From: Candidatus Bathyarchaeota archaeon
GTDB lineage: Archaea; Thermoproteota; Bathyarchaeia; Bathyarchaeales; Bathycorpusculaceae
Direction: 5' to 3'
NCBI GenBank assembly: GCA_963832745.1
Contig: CAWHVC010000003.1
Coordinates: forward strand, 672,001 to 736,000
DNA: 64,000 nt
The position numbers and the translations under genes were made by a program. The notes under the pieces were generated by a model. It was given only the letters and a program-made list of their open reading frames with translations, searched no databases and had not been told where the DNA came from. Shown here in pieces: positions 28,566-38,617 of the stretch. Every line of letters begins with the position of its first letter. Within the stretch, counting starts at the first letter, position 1.

Positions 28566-29939
28566 TTGATTTTGTTAATGACCACTGCGCCGCCTTCTAA
28601 CGCTCCATGGTTTCATGGAAAAAGGCTTCCACCCCTTGGACTAATGTATGTTGCCGCTGCACTCGAAAAAGCAGGCTATGAAGTGCAGATGCTTGATAAT
28701 TACCTAATGCAGCAAAGCACCCAAGAAGTTCAGCAGTTAGCGCTTAAACTTCAACCAGCTATAGTTGGCATAACCTGTGGAAGCGCTACATACAAAAAAT
28801 GCGTAGAAACCGCAAAAGCCATAAAACAAGTGGTGCCCAACTGCAAAATAGTTGTTGGCGGATGGCATGCGTCTTACATGCCTGAAAGTCTACTGGAAAC
28901 CCCTGAGATTGATTACGCGGTTATGGGTGAAGGTGAACGTGCAATTGTGGAGCTTGCCGCTTTCATAATGAAAGGCGACACTATTGGAGCATCTACAGTT
29001 GCCGGAGTAGTCTCCAGAAGCACATCAGGCGTCATAAAGAACGAATGTAAATTCATGAACATGGACGAGTTACCTTTCCCAGCCCGACACCTTTTGCCAC
29101 TTGAAAAGTATGACCGTAACATCGAATTCTTAAAAGCCAAACCAGCCGACATAATGAGCATCAGCCGAGGTTGCACCTTTAGTTGCGGTTTCTGTGAAAC
29201 CAAAAAATTGTGGGGAAACATCAACCGTCAATTCAGCCCCCAACGTGTCATGGCAGAAGTAAACGACCTTGTCGCCAAATACGGTACAAGAGGCATCTAT
29301 TTTATCAACGACAACTTTACCATGCGCAAAAACCAAACCGCTGAACTCTGCGATTTAATGATTAAAAGTAAACTGGACCTTGAATGGGTCTGCGATACCA
29401 GAGTTAACCTTGTAGATCAAGAAATCCTAAACAAAATGGCGTCTGCAGGCTGCAAAACCATATGGTTCGGCGTAGAATCTGGCTCCCAAAAGGTTCTTGA
29501 CCACATTAATAGAGGCATAACGCTTGAGCAAACTGAAGAGGCTTTCAAGATGTGCCGAAAAGCAGGAATCCAAGTAGCCTGCTCCTTCATGTTAGGTATG
29601 CCAAGCGAAACCAAAGAAGACTTAATGGCGTCATACCGTTTTGCAGACAAACTTGACGCTGACTGGTGCCAATTCAACGTCTTCATCGCTTATCCCGACA
29701 GCCCACTTTGGCGTGAAATGCTTGAAACAGGCAAATACACACAGCTGGACGATTTTCTTTACAGTTACAAAACCGACGAATTCGACTACGACGAGTTGAT
29801 GCGAATACAGAAACAGTTCTTCAGAGACTACCACCGAGCGCCAAAACGAATCCTAAAACGTATCCAACGCGAAGGCGTCCTAAACTTTGCCAAACGCCGG
29901 CTCCACCCAACCCCAGTTGACAACGCAGGCATGGCTTAG
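28566..29939 (+). CDS. Cobalamin-binding radical SAM protein (class B-type), paralog 1
   Basis: PPLGLMYVAA, VGGWHAS, GEGE, SRGCTFSCGFC, FGVESG. Confidence 0.9.
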   Translation: MILLMTTAPPSNAPWFHGKRLPPLGLMYVAAALEKAGYEVQMLDNYLMQQSTQEVQQLALKLQPAIVGITCGSATYKKCVETAKAIKQVVPNCKIVVGGWHASYMPESLLETPEIDYAVMGEGERAIVELAAFIMKGDTIGASTVAGVVSRSTSGVIKNECKFMNMDELPFPARHLLPLEKYDRNIEFLKAKPADIMSISRGCTFSCGFCETKKLWGNINRQFSPQRVMAEVNDLVAKYGTRGIYFINDNFTMRKNQTAELCDLMIKSKLDLEWVCDTRVNLVDQEILNKMASAGCKTIWFGVESGSQKVLDHINRGITLEQTEEAFKMCRKAGIQVACSFMLGMPSETKEDLMASYRFADKLDADWCQFNVFIAYPDSPLWREMLETGKYTQLDDFLYSYKTDEFDYDELMRIQKQFFRDYHRAPKRILKRIQREGVLNFAKRRLHPTPVDNAGMA

Positions 29940-29951
29940 GCAGGAAAGACG

Positions 29952-31037
29952 ATGCAGAAGCGAAGGCTTGGACGAACAAACCTTCAAGTATCCATCGTTG
30001 GCTTCGGCGGAACATGGATATCTGAAATAGACAAGCCAACCGCTACAGCCGTTGTCCAAAAAGCGTTTGAGTCTGGCATTAACTTTTTTGACACCGCCCG
30101 CTGGGACGGAGACAGCGAAGAAAAAATCGGGGTTGCCCTAAAAGACGTCCGTGACCAATGCGTTATCGCTACGAAAACGGGTTCTCGCACCAAAAAGGAG
30201 TCGCTTGAAGACTTCAAAAACAGCCTTAAACTTCTTCAAACAGGCCACGTAGACATCATTCAACTTCACGGTATCGACGACGAGAAAACTCTTGATAAGG
30301 CTATGGGTCCTGATGGTGCACTGCAAACCTGCAAAGAAGCACAAAAAGAAGGCTTAGCCACTTTTATCGGCATAACAGGGCACAAACCCAACGTTTTAAC
30401 TAAGGCAATCAAGACAGGCGAATTCGATACGGTGCTTGTTCCACTCAATGTCGTAACTCGTCAGGCTGAAGAGACGCTTTTGCCAGCTGCCAAAGCCCTT
30501 GACGTCGGCGTTGTAGCTATGAAGCCTCTGTCAGCAAAAACCTCTAACCTCATCACCTGCCTGTATCAGCCTTCGCTTTCGCTGGTTTCTGAAGAACCCG
30601 AACTTAAAGTGCTCCTTGGGCAAACCAGCGCCGAAATGGTTTCTAGCCTGCTCAGATACAACTTGTCAAAGAACATTGCTTCCACGATTCCGGGTTTACG
30701 GTCAATTGCCGAAGTTGAAACAGCTGCTAAAGCAGGACAAAACTATCAAGGCTTAACCCTGCAGGAACAAAAACATTTCAGTTTCCAACTTGGCAAGTAC
30801 TGCCGTGACTGCGGTTTGTGCATGCCTTGCCCAGAAAAAGTAAACATCCCTGCTACACTGCGCTTTGAATCATTCTTTTCAGTTTACGGCTTAAAGAATT
30901 GGGCGCGTAAACTTTATGGCGGATTGGAAGTTAAAGCCGACAAATGCACAAACTGTGGTGAATGCCAACAAAAATGTCCCTACAACCTGCCCATAGAAAG
31001 CATGCTTAGAGAAACACATGAAAAGTTAACTGCCTAA
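29952..31037 (+). CDS. Aldo/keto reductase with C-terminal 4Fe-4S dicluster
   Basis: RRLGRT, GINFFDTA, ATKT, QLHG; CRDCGLCMPCP and CTNCGECQQKCP. Confidence 0.9.
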   Translation: MQKRRLGRTNLQVSIVGFGGTWISEIDKPTATAVVQKAFESGINFFDTARWDGDSEEKIGVALKDVRDQCVIATKTGSRTKKESLEDFKNSLKLLQTGHVDIIQLHGIDDEKTLDKAMGPDGALQTCKEAQKEGLATFIGITGHKPNVLTKAIKTGEFDTVLVPLNVVTRQAEETLLPAAKALDVGVVAMKPLSAKTSNLITCLYQPSLSLVSEEPELKVLLGQTSAEMVSSLLRYNLSKNIASTIPGLRSIAEVETAAKAGQNYQGLTLQEQKHFSFQLGKYCRDCGLCMPCPEKVNIPATLRFESFFSVYGLKNWARKLYGGLEVKADKCTNCGECQQKCPYNLPIESMLRETHEKLTA

Positions 31038-31741
31038 TTCTTTTGGAATAGGCAAATGAATGTTGCTGTTGGCGCACCCCATTCTGGCGAGAACGTTTTT
31101 GACTGCAGCAGAGTGAATTTTTTGCCAAGCATATGCTGGAACCGTTCCGTGGTAAACCAGTTCTTGTGCGCATCATAACGCAATCCTTCGATGCCTTCAG
31201 GCGCTTCCAAAATCAACAAGCCCTTAGGTTTCAGAACACGGTAGGCGTCGTCAAGGAACTTTTGAGGATTCCAAAGGTGCTCAACCACTTCTGAAGCTAA
31301 AACCACATCGAAAGTTTCTGGTATGAACGCCAAGTTTTCAGCATCCCCCGAAAAAACACTGGAAACGTGCCGTTTGTGAGCCATTGGTGTGATTGTTGGC
31401 AAATCGAAGCCTGTTACTGTGTTGCCTTGTTTTGCGATGGGTTCGCTTAAGACTCCGTCGCCGCAACCGACATCAAGAACCATCAAGTTTTTTCCGCCCC
31501 TGCTTATCATTTCAAGGAAAACTTGGATTCTTGCCTGATTTAGTGGCCTTGCGTAGGATACGGCTGTGCTGTGTTGGAATGCGGCTGTGTAGGTGTCGTA
31601 TTTTTGCCATTCAATCCAGCCTTCTCTACTGGTGTTTCTGTGGCGGTAAAGCGTTTCACGTATGATAAGATGCTGAATCTGCTTTGGATTCCGGAGAAGC
31701 CACATTATACCGTGAATGTGGTTTTTGATGCCGCTTGACAT
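31034..31741 (-). CDS. Class I SAM-dependent methyltransferase
   Basis: VLDVGCGDG, GDAENL, FDVVLASEVVEHL, RVLKPKG. Confidence 0.88.
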   Translation of the reverse strand: MSSGIKNHIHGIMWLLRNPKQIQHLIIRETLYRHRNTSREGWIEWQKYDTYTAAFQHSTAVSYARPLNQARIQVFLEMISRGGKNLMVLDVGCGDGVLSEPIAKQGNTVTGFDLPTITPMAHKRHVSSVFSGDAENLAFIPETFDVVLASEVVEHLWNPQKFLDDAYRVLKPKGLLILEAPEGIEGLRYDAHKNWFTTERFQHMLGKKFTLLQSKTFSPEWGAPTATFICLFQKN

Positions 31742-32017
31742 TGGCTTCTAAATTGATTAACTCTAATTTAAGGCTTACAGCATCAAAACAAAACTCGAAA
31801 ACCATCTGGAAACAGCAGACAAAAATTCTACACAGCAACCGTTCTTTTTGATTCTTACTGCTTAAGTCGCAAATCGTTGACTAAGTACCCTCTTTACGTG
31901 AAATCCCTGCAGTTTTTGCTCATTCACTGTTTCTCCCAGCAAAAAGCCTTAATCAAAAACCTATATTAATCAAAATAGCCCATCTATCAAACGAAATATA
32001 GAGATAGGGGAAAAAGT

Positions 32018-33403
32018 TTGAAGCCTCACGTAACATTTGTTAATCCACCTTATCCACAAGGAGCACACCAGCATCCACCATTCATTCCACTTGGAATCGG
32101 CTATTTGGCTGCTGTACTTGAGAAAGCTGGCTATCAAGTTGACGTTATTGATTGCCAAGCAATGAAACTAACTTATGACCAGTTCAGAGAAGAACTAGCC
32201 AAACGCAACCCTGACATTGTAGGCATGACCGCAACAACACTAATTTACAAGTCAGGCGCTGAATGTGCAAGAATCGCTAAAGAAGTAAACCCCAAAATCA
32301 TAACCATGATTGGCGGTTCACACGTTTCATTCTGGGATGAAAACGCCCTAAAAGAGTATCCACAACTTGACGTTGTTGTACGTAAAGAGGGCGAAGAAAC
32401 CCTTCTTGAATTAGTGCAAAGAATAGAGGCAGGAAAACCCTACTATGACGTAATAGGTACCACATGCAGAAACGGTGACCAAATCGTCAAAAACCCCGAC
32501 CGCCCCTACATCCAAGACCTCGACTCTCTACCCTTTCCAGCACATCACCTTTTCCCACTTGACTACCTAAACAAGTTCGGCGTAGTCATCTTCCCAGTGT
32601 ACACAAGCCGAGGCTGCACTTTCTGGTGCAACTTCTGCTCAGCAGTGCGCATGTTCGGCAGAGGCTACCGCATGAGAAGCCCCAAAAACGTCGTCGACGA
32701 ACTAGAACATCTAGTAAAAGACTTCGGCGCTGAACAATTCACTTTCTATGACGACGCGTTCTCAGTTGACCAAAACCGTGTCCGCGAAATTTGCCGCCTC
32801 ATCAAAGAAAGAGGCTTAAAGATCAAGTGGGACTGCGAAACCCGTGTTGACATGGTTGACCGTGACTTACTGCAAACCATGAAGGACGCTGGCTGCATTG
32901 CAGTCTGGTTTGGCGTTGAGGCTGGTTCACAAATGGTTATTGACGCTATGGGCAAAGGTTACAAGCTTGAAACGATTAAGAAGTCTTTCAAGTTAGCCCA
33001 AGATGTCGGTTTAATGACTGTTGCAAGCGTCGTACTTGGCTTCCCAGAGGAAACACCTGAAACCCTGCGGGAAACAACCAAATTCATCGAAGAACTCAAC
33101 CCCGACGACGTAGGCTACTACATTGCTACCCCGTATCCCGGCACCCCAATGCATGAACTTGTTGTGAAAAAGGGTTGGCTGAAAATCACGGACTTTAACC
33201 ATTACGACACTGCCCAACCAATCTTTGAAACACCCTACATCAGCTCAAAGCAGCTTAAAGAAATGCGTGAAAAAGCCTTCCAAAGCTTCTACATACGTCC
33301 AAGCTACATTTACAAGATGTGGAGAAAAGGCGGCGTTTACGGAAAATCAGCAACGAGAACAGCACTGGCGCACCTGCGAAGAAAAATTAAGCAATCTGTC
33401 TAA
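32018..33403 (+). CDS. Cobalamin-binding radical SAM protein, paralog 2
   Basis: PLGIGYLAA, GGSHVS, EGE, SRGCTFWCNFC, FGVEAG, TPYPGT. Confidence 0.92.
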   Translation: MKPHVTFVNPPYPQGAHQHPPFIPLGIGYLAAVLEKAGYQVDVIDCQAMKLTYDQFREELAKRNPDIVGMTATTLIYKSGAECARIAKEVNPKIITMIGGSHVSFWDENALKEYPQLDVVVRKEGEETLLELVQRIEAGKPYYDVIGTTCRNGDQIVKNPDRPYIQDLDSLPFPAHHLFPLDYLNKFGVVIFPVYTSRGCTFWCNFCSAVRMFGRGYRMRSPKNVVDELEHLVKDFGAEQFTFYDDAFSVDQNRVREICRLIKERGLKIKWDCETRVDMVDRDLLQTMKDAGCIAVWFGVEAGSQMVIDAMGKGYKLETIKKSFKLAQDVGLMTVASVVLGFPEETPETLRETTKFIEELNPDDVGYYIATPYPGTPMHELVVKKGWLKITDFNHYDTAQPIFETPYISSKQLKEMREKAFQSFYIRPSYIYKMWRKGGVYGKSATRTALAHLRRKIKQSV

Positions 33404-33440
33404 TTTTTCCTTTTTGCGCACTTGATGGTGTAAAACAATA

Positions 33441-34826
33441 ATGGGCACAACTGCAAAAGTAGCATTGGTTAATCCTCCCGCGTTACAAGGCGTTTTTCAT
33501 CATCATCCCTACCTGCCAATGGGACTAGCCTATTTGGCGGCCGTGCTTGAAGAGAAAGGCAACCACGTAATAGTCTTTGACTGCCTAGCAGAAGGCATAA
33601 ACCAAGACCAACTCAAACAGAAACTTGCCGAGTTTAACCCAGATGTGGTTGGTATAAGTTCTATGACTCCAATGGCGCTTTCAACTATGATGGCTGCAAA
33701 AGGTGCAAAAGAAGCCTGCCCAAACGCCACCGTTGTCCTTGGGGGTCCACATGCCACTTTTATGGACAAAGAAATCCTCGCCACTGAACCATCCGTTGAC
33801 GTGATTGTCCGCGGAGAAGGCGAAGTAACCCTTGCAGAATTAACCCAACGAATCGTAAACGGCGTCGGCTTAAACTCTGCTGACGGCATAACCTACCGCC
33901 ATCAAGGGCAAATCGTGCAAAACCCCGACCGCCCTTTCATTCAGAACCTTGACGAGTTGCCGTTTCCAGCTTACAAGCATTTTCCGCTTGAAAAATATCG
34001 TCTGTTTGGCAAACTCTTTTTCCCAGTTATCACCAGTCGAGGCTGCCCATTCCAATGCAACTTCTGCACTACCAGCCGCATTCTTGGCAAACAGTACCGT
34101 GTACGCAGCCCCCAAAACATCGGTCACGAACTTGAATTGCTTAAACGCGAATACGACGCGGACTCTTTCACCTTCTACGATGACACCTTAACTTTAGACA
34201 AGAAGCGCCTCTATGACATCTGCGACGAAATAAAAAGCCGAAAACTCAACATTCCATGGGACTGCCAAACCCGCGTAGACCAAATCAGCGAAGAAATGTT
34301 CGCAAAAATGAAAGCCACCAACTGTCAACAAGTCTTTTTTGGTGCTGAATCAGGCTGCCAAAGTGTGCTTAAAGCTGTTAACAAACGTACCACTGTGGAG
34401 CAGAATGAAGCTGCGATCAAGATGGCTAAGAAGGCTGGCTTGTTTGTTGCAATATCCATTATTATCGGTTATCCTGGTGAAACGGTAGAGATGCGTAAAG
34501 AAACCTTCGATTTTCTGCGGCGCGCTGAACCCGATGACGTGTACCTTTGCATTGCAACGCCTTATCCTGGCACCGAATTGCGCAGGGAAGTTGAACGGCT
34601 TGGCTACAAGATGTCTTCTGACTGGAGCCGTTATGACACAACAACTCCCGTCTTTGAGAACCCCTTGCTGCCAGACGAAGAAGCCCTGCAGCTACGCAAA
34701 CAATTCTACGACAGTTTCTACTCGCCAAAATACGCATTGCGTCACATGTTTAAACGCAACTTTTATAGTCGCGTTATGTCCCGTGTCGCTGTTAACCATT
34801 TGATTTGGCGTATAAAAGGCCATTAA
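33441..34826 (+). CDS. Cobalamin-binding radical SAM protein, paralog 3
   Basis: PMGLAYLAA, GGPHAT, GEGE, SRGCPFQCNFC, FGAESG, TPYPGT. Confidence 0.92.
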   Translation: MGTTAKVALVNPPALQGVFHHHPYLPMGLAYLAAVLEEKGNHVIVFDCLAEGINQDQLKQKLAEFNPDVVGISSMTPMALSTMMAAKGAKEACPNATVVLGGPHATFMDKEILATEPSVDVIVRGEGEVTLAELTQRIVNGVGLNSADGITYRHQGQIVQNPDRPFIQNLDELPFPAYKHFPLEKYRLFGKLFFPVITSRGCPFQCNFCTTSRILGKQYRVRSPQNIGHELELLKREYDADSFTFYDDTLTLDKKRLYDICDEIKSRKLNIPWDCQTRVDQISEEMFAKMKATNCQQVFFGAESGCQSVLKAVNKRTTVEQNEAAIKMAKKAGLFVAISIIIGYPGETVEMRKETFDFLRRAEPDDVYLCIATPYPGTELRREVERLGYKMSSDWSRYDTTTPVFENPLLPDEEALQLRKQFYDSFYSPKYALRHMFKRNFYSRVMSRVAVNHLIWRIKGH

Positions 34827-34927
34827 TCAAGGTCTGCTCTTTCGTAAAAATCCTTTTCATTTTACAGTTTTGGCAAAAGTTTTTCAGACTCAAATAGCCT
34901 ATCTTCGGCTTAAGAGATGCCAGTTAG

Positions 34928-36394
34928 ATGCGTGTTTGCCTCATTAACCCGCCCCGAATTCAACCTAAAGCTTGGGGAAAACCAAGCGTTTACCAACCAA
35001 TGGACCTTGCCTATATTGCAGCTGTACTTGAACAGAAACACGAAATTCTAGTTATTGATGTTCCGAACGAGGGTTGGGAGATGCTGGAAGAGATTGATGG
35101 AGGAAAATATCGACAGGGTCTGCCAAATTCTGAAATTGCCGCTCGAATCAAACGGTTTGAGCCTAAACTGGTGGTTATGGCGATTCCCTATTCAGGTTGG
35201 GCTAGCTCGGCTTTTACGGTTGCCAAAACCGTCAAGGACGTTGACAGAAACATCAAGATTGCACTTACCGGGCTACATCCGTCCTCACGTCCCAACGAAT
35301 GTCTCAAAGAGCCTAACGTGGATTTTGTAGTGATTGGCGAGCAGGAAATGACCACGCTTGAGCTTGCCGACACTTTAGAGAAGAGCGCAATTGCGGATTT
35401 GAAGAACGTTAAGGGCTTGGGCTTTATTGAAAACGGCAAAGTCATAATCACGCCGCCACGACCCGTAATTGAAGATCTTGACTCGATGCCTTTCCCCGCA
35501 CGGCACCTGTTGCCTATGAAAGAGTTCTTTGAAGCAGCCCGAAAAATTCCCATCAGCGGCAACCTCAAAAAACCTTCAATTCGCATGCTAACCACACGAG
35601 GCTGCCCCTATGGCTGCATATTCTGTTCAAACCACATTGTGATGGGACGAAAATGGCGGGCACGGAGCGCCGAAAACGTTGTCGCCGAAATCGAACAAAT
35701 CGTCAAAACCTACCACGTACACCAAATCGACTTCCTCGACGACAACATCGCCTTCAACCGCGAACGCCTCGTTAAAATCTGCAATATGTTGATTGAAAAG
35801 AAGTTGAATATTGAATGGTGTACCCCTAACGGTGTCCGCGCAGACTCTTTAGACCCAGAACTGTTGGCACTAATGCGCAAATCAGGCTGCCAAAAAATCC
35901 TGATAGCACCTGAATCTGGCGTTCAACGCGTTGTTGATGACGTGATTAAGAAGAAGCAGAGCCTAAAACGTGTTGAAGAAGCCGTTAGCGCCGCTCACAA
36001 AGTAGGCATCAAGGTTGGGTGCTTCTTTATTTTGGGTATGATTGGCGAAACTAAAGAGGACATGAAAGAAACCATAGCCTTTGCCCATAAACTGCGCAGT
36101 TTAGGCGCTGAATACTTCTACTTTAGCTATGCCACACCATTGTACGGGACGGAATTATATCGTCTGGCTAAAGAAGGCAACTACCTAACAAGCGACTTCA
36201 GCGATGACGCACTTTCAGCTGTGCAGCCCCTCATCGAAACTCCAGAATTCACCGCCGATGACTTGCGCTGTTTAGCTATGGAAGCGAACCTTGTTAATCC
36301 AACAGTGACTCGTGACCGTGTATTGCGAGCCATTCGCGACCCTAAGAAGGCAATTGAAATTCTAATATTTAGAAGTAAGGCAAACAAAAAGTAA
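34928..36394 (+). CDS. Cobalamin-binding radical SAM protein, paralog 4
   Basis: PMDLAYIAA, TGLHPS, GEQE, TRGCPYGCIFC, APESG, TPLYGT. Confidence 0.9.
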   Translation: MRVCLINPPRIQPKAWGKPSVYQPMDLAYIAAVLEQKHEILVIDVPNEGWEMLEEIDGGKYRQGLPNSEIAARIKRFEPKLVVMAIPYSGWASSAFTVAKTVKDVDRNIKIALTGLHPSSRPNECLKEPNVDFVVIGEQEMTTLELADTLEKSAIADLKNVKGLGFIENGKVIITPPRPVIEDLDSMPFPARHLLPMKEFFEAARKIPISGNLKKPSIRMLTTRGCPYGCIFCSNHIVMGRKWRARSAENVVAEIEQIVKTYHVHQIDFLDDNIAFNRERLVKICNMLIEKKLNIEWCTPNGVRADSLDPELLALMRKSGCQKILIAPESGVQRVVDDVIKKKQSLKRVEEAVSAAHKVGIKVGCFFILGMIGETKEDMKETIAFAHKLRSLGAEYFYFSYATPLYGTELYRLAKEGNYLTSDFSDDALSAVQPLIETPEFTADDLRCLAMEANLVNPTVTRDRVLRAIRDPKKAIEILIFRSKANKK

Positions 36395-36400
36395 CAATTT

Positions 36401-36763
36401 TTAAGTTGTTACTGTTTCTAAAAGTTCTTCGGGTTCAAATGGTTTGGCAACAAATCCTTTGGCGCCAAGCTTTAAAACCTTGTTAATTAAGGCTTTTTGG
36501 TTTAAGGCGCTGACAATAAAAATTTTGGCTGAAGGGTCAACACTTAAAATTTCTTTTAACGCGTCAACTCCTGTTTGAGCAGTATCTATAGGCTTTAACA
36601 CAACATCCAACAACACAACGTCTGGATGTAACGCTTTGTATTTCTTTACTGCCTCTTCTGCACTTGCCGCTTGGCCAACAACGTTGTGGCCTGCGCTTGT
36701 CAAAACCATTTTTAGCACATCTTTGACGTAATCTGAATCATCTACTAAGAGAATGCTAACCAA
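36401..36763 (-). CDS. Orphan single-domain response regulator (CheY-like)
   Basis: LLVDD, PDVVLLD, conserved Ser, KPF; resembles cheY at 61111. Confidence 0.9.
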   Translation of the reverse strand: MVSILLVDDSDYVKDVLKMVLTSAGHNVVGQAASAEEAVKKYKALHPDVVLLDVVLKPIDTAQTGVDALKEILSVDPSAKIFIVSALNQKALINKVLKLGAKGFVAKPFEPEELLETVTT

Positions 36764-36897
36764 CTTTTACCACTAAACAAGGTTAACTTGTTTTTATATA
36801 AAATAGTTTATGAATTATCAATATCCATTTTTAGCAAAAAATGTTGCAAACGATTCTGAACAGGCGCATACTTGACGTTTAAACTGTTTTTGGCCGT

Positions 36898-37557
36898 TTA
36901 TAGTTTGTCTTTGGTTTGAAGGCTTGCCTTTTTGATCAGGTAGTAACCTTTGGTGTTTTTCCATTCCGTCTTGGCTTTCTCGACAGCAATTTTTTGTTTG
37001 TAAATTGGGCAATCAACCACGAGCGTATGGTATTCCCCCCATTCGCCGATTGGATTGATTTTTTTCTCGGCAACCCTCTGCTTGATTTCGTCAAGGATAT
37101 CTTTGTCTATTACTTTGCCAAGCCAATCCTTGTTAGCGCCAAGTGCAGTGTCAACTTCAATGACTAAACATTTGAAGCCGAGCTGCTGCATCTCGTCAAG
37201 CCCAACAATTGGGTCTTTACCAAACAGGGGAGCATACTGTTTGACGCCGATTGGATCCAAAATCCCCTTGTAATAGTCTAAGTGTTCGGGTGTGGTGGTT
37301 ACGCCTGAAACCAAAAGGTCTGCGCCAAGCTTTTTCAGCGCCTTTCCGACATCTTGAGGCTTTTTTCCGACAACCACTGCAGGAATGCCGGTCGCTTCAG
37401 AAATCAATTCAATCATTTTCTTGTTTTCAAGGTGAGCTTTGCCGCCTGTCTGAATAAACATTAAGTGTTTAACGTTTAAGCCTTCTTTAAGCGCCGAATA
37501 CAATGCGTATACGGAGTCTTTTCCGCCTGAAAGTGAAACAACCACGTGGTCTGCCAT
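36898..37557 (-). CDS. dph6: Diphthine--ammonia ligase family (PP-loop ATP pyrophosphatase)
   Basis: SLSGGKDS, APLFG, WLGK, PIGEWGEYHTLVVDCP. Confidence 0.75.
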   Translation of the reverse strand: MADHVVVSLSGGKDSVYALYSALKEGLNVKHLMFIQTGGKAHLENKKMIELISEATGIPAVVVGKKPQDVGKALKKLGADLLVSGVTTTPEHLDYYKGILDPIGVKQYAPLFGKDPIVGLDEMQQLGFKCLVIEVDTALGANKDWLGKVIDKDILDEIKQRVAEKKINPIGEWGEYHTLVVDCPIYKQKIAVEKAKTEWKNTKGYYLIKKASLQTKDKL

Positions 37558-37661
37558 TAAGATGCACCCTAAATTTTGATTGCTGTCTTATTGTTTTTTG
37601 GAAAATAAAAACCTACACCCCACAAGCCTGCTGATAACTGCAGAGCGTGTTTTTGCAGGCT

Positions 37662-37710
37662 TTTTCAACATATTAATGAGCGCTTTTTCAACCAATAGCA
37701 CCTACCCCCC
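37662..37710. repeat. Left half of the 13.6-kb element, ending in core ACCTACCCCC
   Basis: TTTTCAACATATTAATGAGCGCTTTTTCAACCAATAGCACCTACCCCCC aligns with 13605-13651. Confidence 0.85.
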
Positions 37711-37782
37711 TTAGTATTTTTGAAAAAGAGAAGTGTTTACTAAATTTAGTAAACAAACCTTTACGAGTACCCTTTTATCCTA

Positions 37783-38607
37783 ATGATTTCGTTTAAACTA
37801 AGTATGCGCAACACAAGCAAAACACTCGCATTACTACTAACACTAACTATCATATTGTCAGGCTTAACTTTGCTGATGATAAAACCTGCAAACGCTCAAA
37901 CAGTGCCATCTGTGCCTGAATTCACTGCAAAACTTGTTGTCCAATCTTATGACACACCCGCAACAACTCCAACATACACAATAGACCCATATTCAGGCGA
38001 ACAAAAACAAGTTTATCCAGGCTCTCCAAGCTACCATGTTGAAAACAAATGGATAGAACTTACCATTAAAAATCAACCGTTCACCCCATACAATGATTCA
38101 GAAGGCAGACAAGTCAGTTTGTACTATAACATTAGGTACAAGGGATATTTTGGAACTGACTGGTCATACGACCCATTTAACCCCGACGGGGTATCTTCGA
38201 AATCCTACGGCGGAATCGATATGACGTATCTTGTTCCTTATACGCCCTCAAACTCTGAATACACTACAATAACCTACAATTTAGGCACATCAGGTATTCC
38301 AACTTACGGAGAACTAGATTTTCAAGTACAAACACAAATAGGCTACATCCAAACAAGCGAAAACTCCTATATTCAAAGAGTCTTCGGTGCAACCTACCAT
38401 TTCACTGGAGAATCAAGTAGTTGGAGCCCCACACAAACAGTATCAATAACTAAAACATCTGACCCAAGTTCTACCTCAACATTGACACCTGCACCAACCC
38501 CTTCCGTACCAGAATATTCTTGGTTTGCAGTCGTACCCTTGATTCTATCTTTGATACCTGTGGCGTTAATTGTTAGACAACGAAAAACCGTCAACAAAAA
38601 CCCGTAG
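37783..38607 (+). CDS. Secreted surface protein with VPEY (PEF-CTERM-like) motif, TM helix and basic tail; carried as a single-gene cassette
   Basis: Signal peptide ...KPANAQ, PSVPEFT, S/T/P linker, VPEYSW + TM + RQRK. Confidence 0.75.
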   Translation: MISFKLSMRNTSKTLALLLTLTIILSGLTLLMIKPANAQTVPSVPEFTAKLVVQSYDTPATTPTYTIDPYSGEQKQVYPGSPSYHVENKWIELTIKNQPFTPYNDSEGRQVSLYYNIRYKGYFGTDWSYDPFNPDGVSSKSYGGIDMTYLVPYTPSNSEYTTITYNLGTSGIPTYGELDFQVQTQIGYIQTSENSYIQRVFGATYHFTGESSSWSPTQTVSITKTSDPSSTSTLTPAPTPSVPEYSWFAVVPLILSLIPVALIVRQRKTVNKNP

Positions 38608-38617
38608 GTTGACTCTG

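Noticed and set aside
37611-37621. ACCTACACCCC, a near match to the cassette core
   Set aside because: Short, no flanking similarity; not counted as a further site.
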